DNA of 64,000 bases from Sphaerodactylus townsendi (taxonomy: Eukaryota): NCBI RefSeq assembly GCF_021028975.2, contig NC_059429.1, forward strand, positions 28,148,001 through 28,212,000, given 5' to 3'. A program made the position numbers and the translations under genes. The notes below the pieces were generated by a model that saw only the letters and a list, made by a program, of their open reading frames with translations, had not been told where the DNA came from and searched no databases. This document shows, in pieces, positions 63,087 to 64,000 of the stretch (within the stretch, counting starts at the first letter, position 1; every line of letters begins with the position of its first letter).

Positions 63087-63390
63087 TAGGGCTGCAAATC
63101 CCCCAGTTCTAGTTTGAGCAGAAGAGGGAGAATTAAAAAAACAAACTGGCAGCATCACATGTAGCACTTCTGGTGAAAAACTTGGAAGTGAGATAGGGTA
63201 GCTCTAGAAATCACAAACGCCGCCCCCCCCTTTATGCTTTTACCATAATCCTGGCAATTCCTAGAACTAACCTAGGTCACTTGTAGGTTTTTACCAGAAG
63301 TGCCACAGTGCCACATGTGATGCTGCCCTCCCCATTGTGTCGCCCCCTCCACCCTCCCATCAGTTGACAGGCACAGCTTGAGAACTTCAA
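63087..63390. mobile_element. Degenerate palindromic MITE
   Basis: GGCAGCATCACATGT..CACTTCTGGT (about 63148-63174) is inverted relative to ACCAGAAGTG...ACATGTGATGCTGCC (about 63293-63327). Confidence 0.55.
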
Positions 63391-64000
63391 TTTGAATTAT
63401 ACTAGTTGAAAATCATCCCAGGATGCAGCATGATCACATCAATATTGCCTATATAAACTTCATTTATACTAACAGTGTCCTTTGGAATTATTGAAAATTG
63501 ATTGTAATGGTTTCAGAGGTTTTCTTAGCAAATACTTTATGCAGCAACACTTAAAAATAATGAACAGACTGCAGGTTCATTGAATCGTACCCAATTTTCA
63601 ATGAAATCATACAATTTCCTCCCCCCCCCCCCATCCCTCTTTGAGCTCTGGATACTGTTCCTCAAAACACGGGGTAGGGTCCTCCCTCAACACCAGCAGG
63701 AAACAAGGGAATAGGGTTGTCAGAGCCAGGTTGGGGAAACTTCTGGAGACTTGAGGATGGAGACAGGGGAATTCAAGGACATCAGAAGGATACACTTTGA
63801 GGCTGGCATCCCAATGTCATGGGGATTTCTTTTAGCTATCATGACCATCAACATACTTTCCTCCATGAATCTGGCTAATCTTTTATGAAAGGCATTTATT
63901 GTCAGGTTCTGTCAGCCTCCCTTGCAATAATCACACTCTTGGATACAGAAATCAGTTTATTAAACAGGATTAGTGAACAGCTACTGGCAGCTCTTTGCTG

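Overview
Vertebrate genomic DNA from a squamate reptile, probably a gecko judging by its SINE and MITE repertoire. The window lies inside one large minus-strand gene, BRINP3 (MACPF-domain neuronal protein; FAM5C). Three internal coding exons are resolved to the base: 50172-49982 (191 nt), 23045-22940 (106 nt, missed by the ORF track) and 11834-11598 (237 nt). All have canonical AG/GT ends and compatible phases (1-0, 0-1, 1-1). The rest is intron packed with transposable elements: non-autonomous hAT and PIF/Harbinger-type elements with readable TIRs and TSDs, an L2 LINE nested in an R4/Dong element ending in a (TAA)25 tract, CR1 and DIRS fragments, a solo LTR, and tRNA-, 5S- and Sauria-type SINEs. 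There are two N gaps. No novel protein-coding system is evident, and nearly all other ORFs in the track are TE-derived or spurious. The most unusual signal is in palindromic MITEs. Their arms carry ACTTACCT/AGGTAAGT, so on the BRINP3 sense strand they read as ready-made exon cassettes (branch point, pyrimidine tract, AG ... perfect donor). One gives an in-frame, stop-free 114-nt candidate exon. In addition, an inverted MITE pair brackets the three exons, which would form a stop-free 534-nt circle. These are sequence-level hypotheses that need RNA evidence. Family names and exon numbers come from recall, not from database searches.
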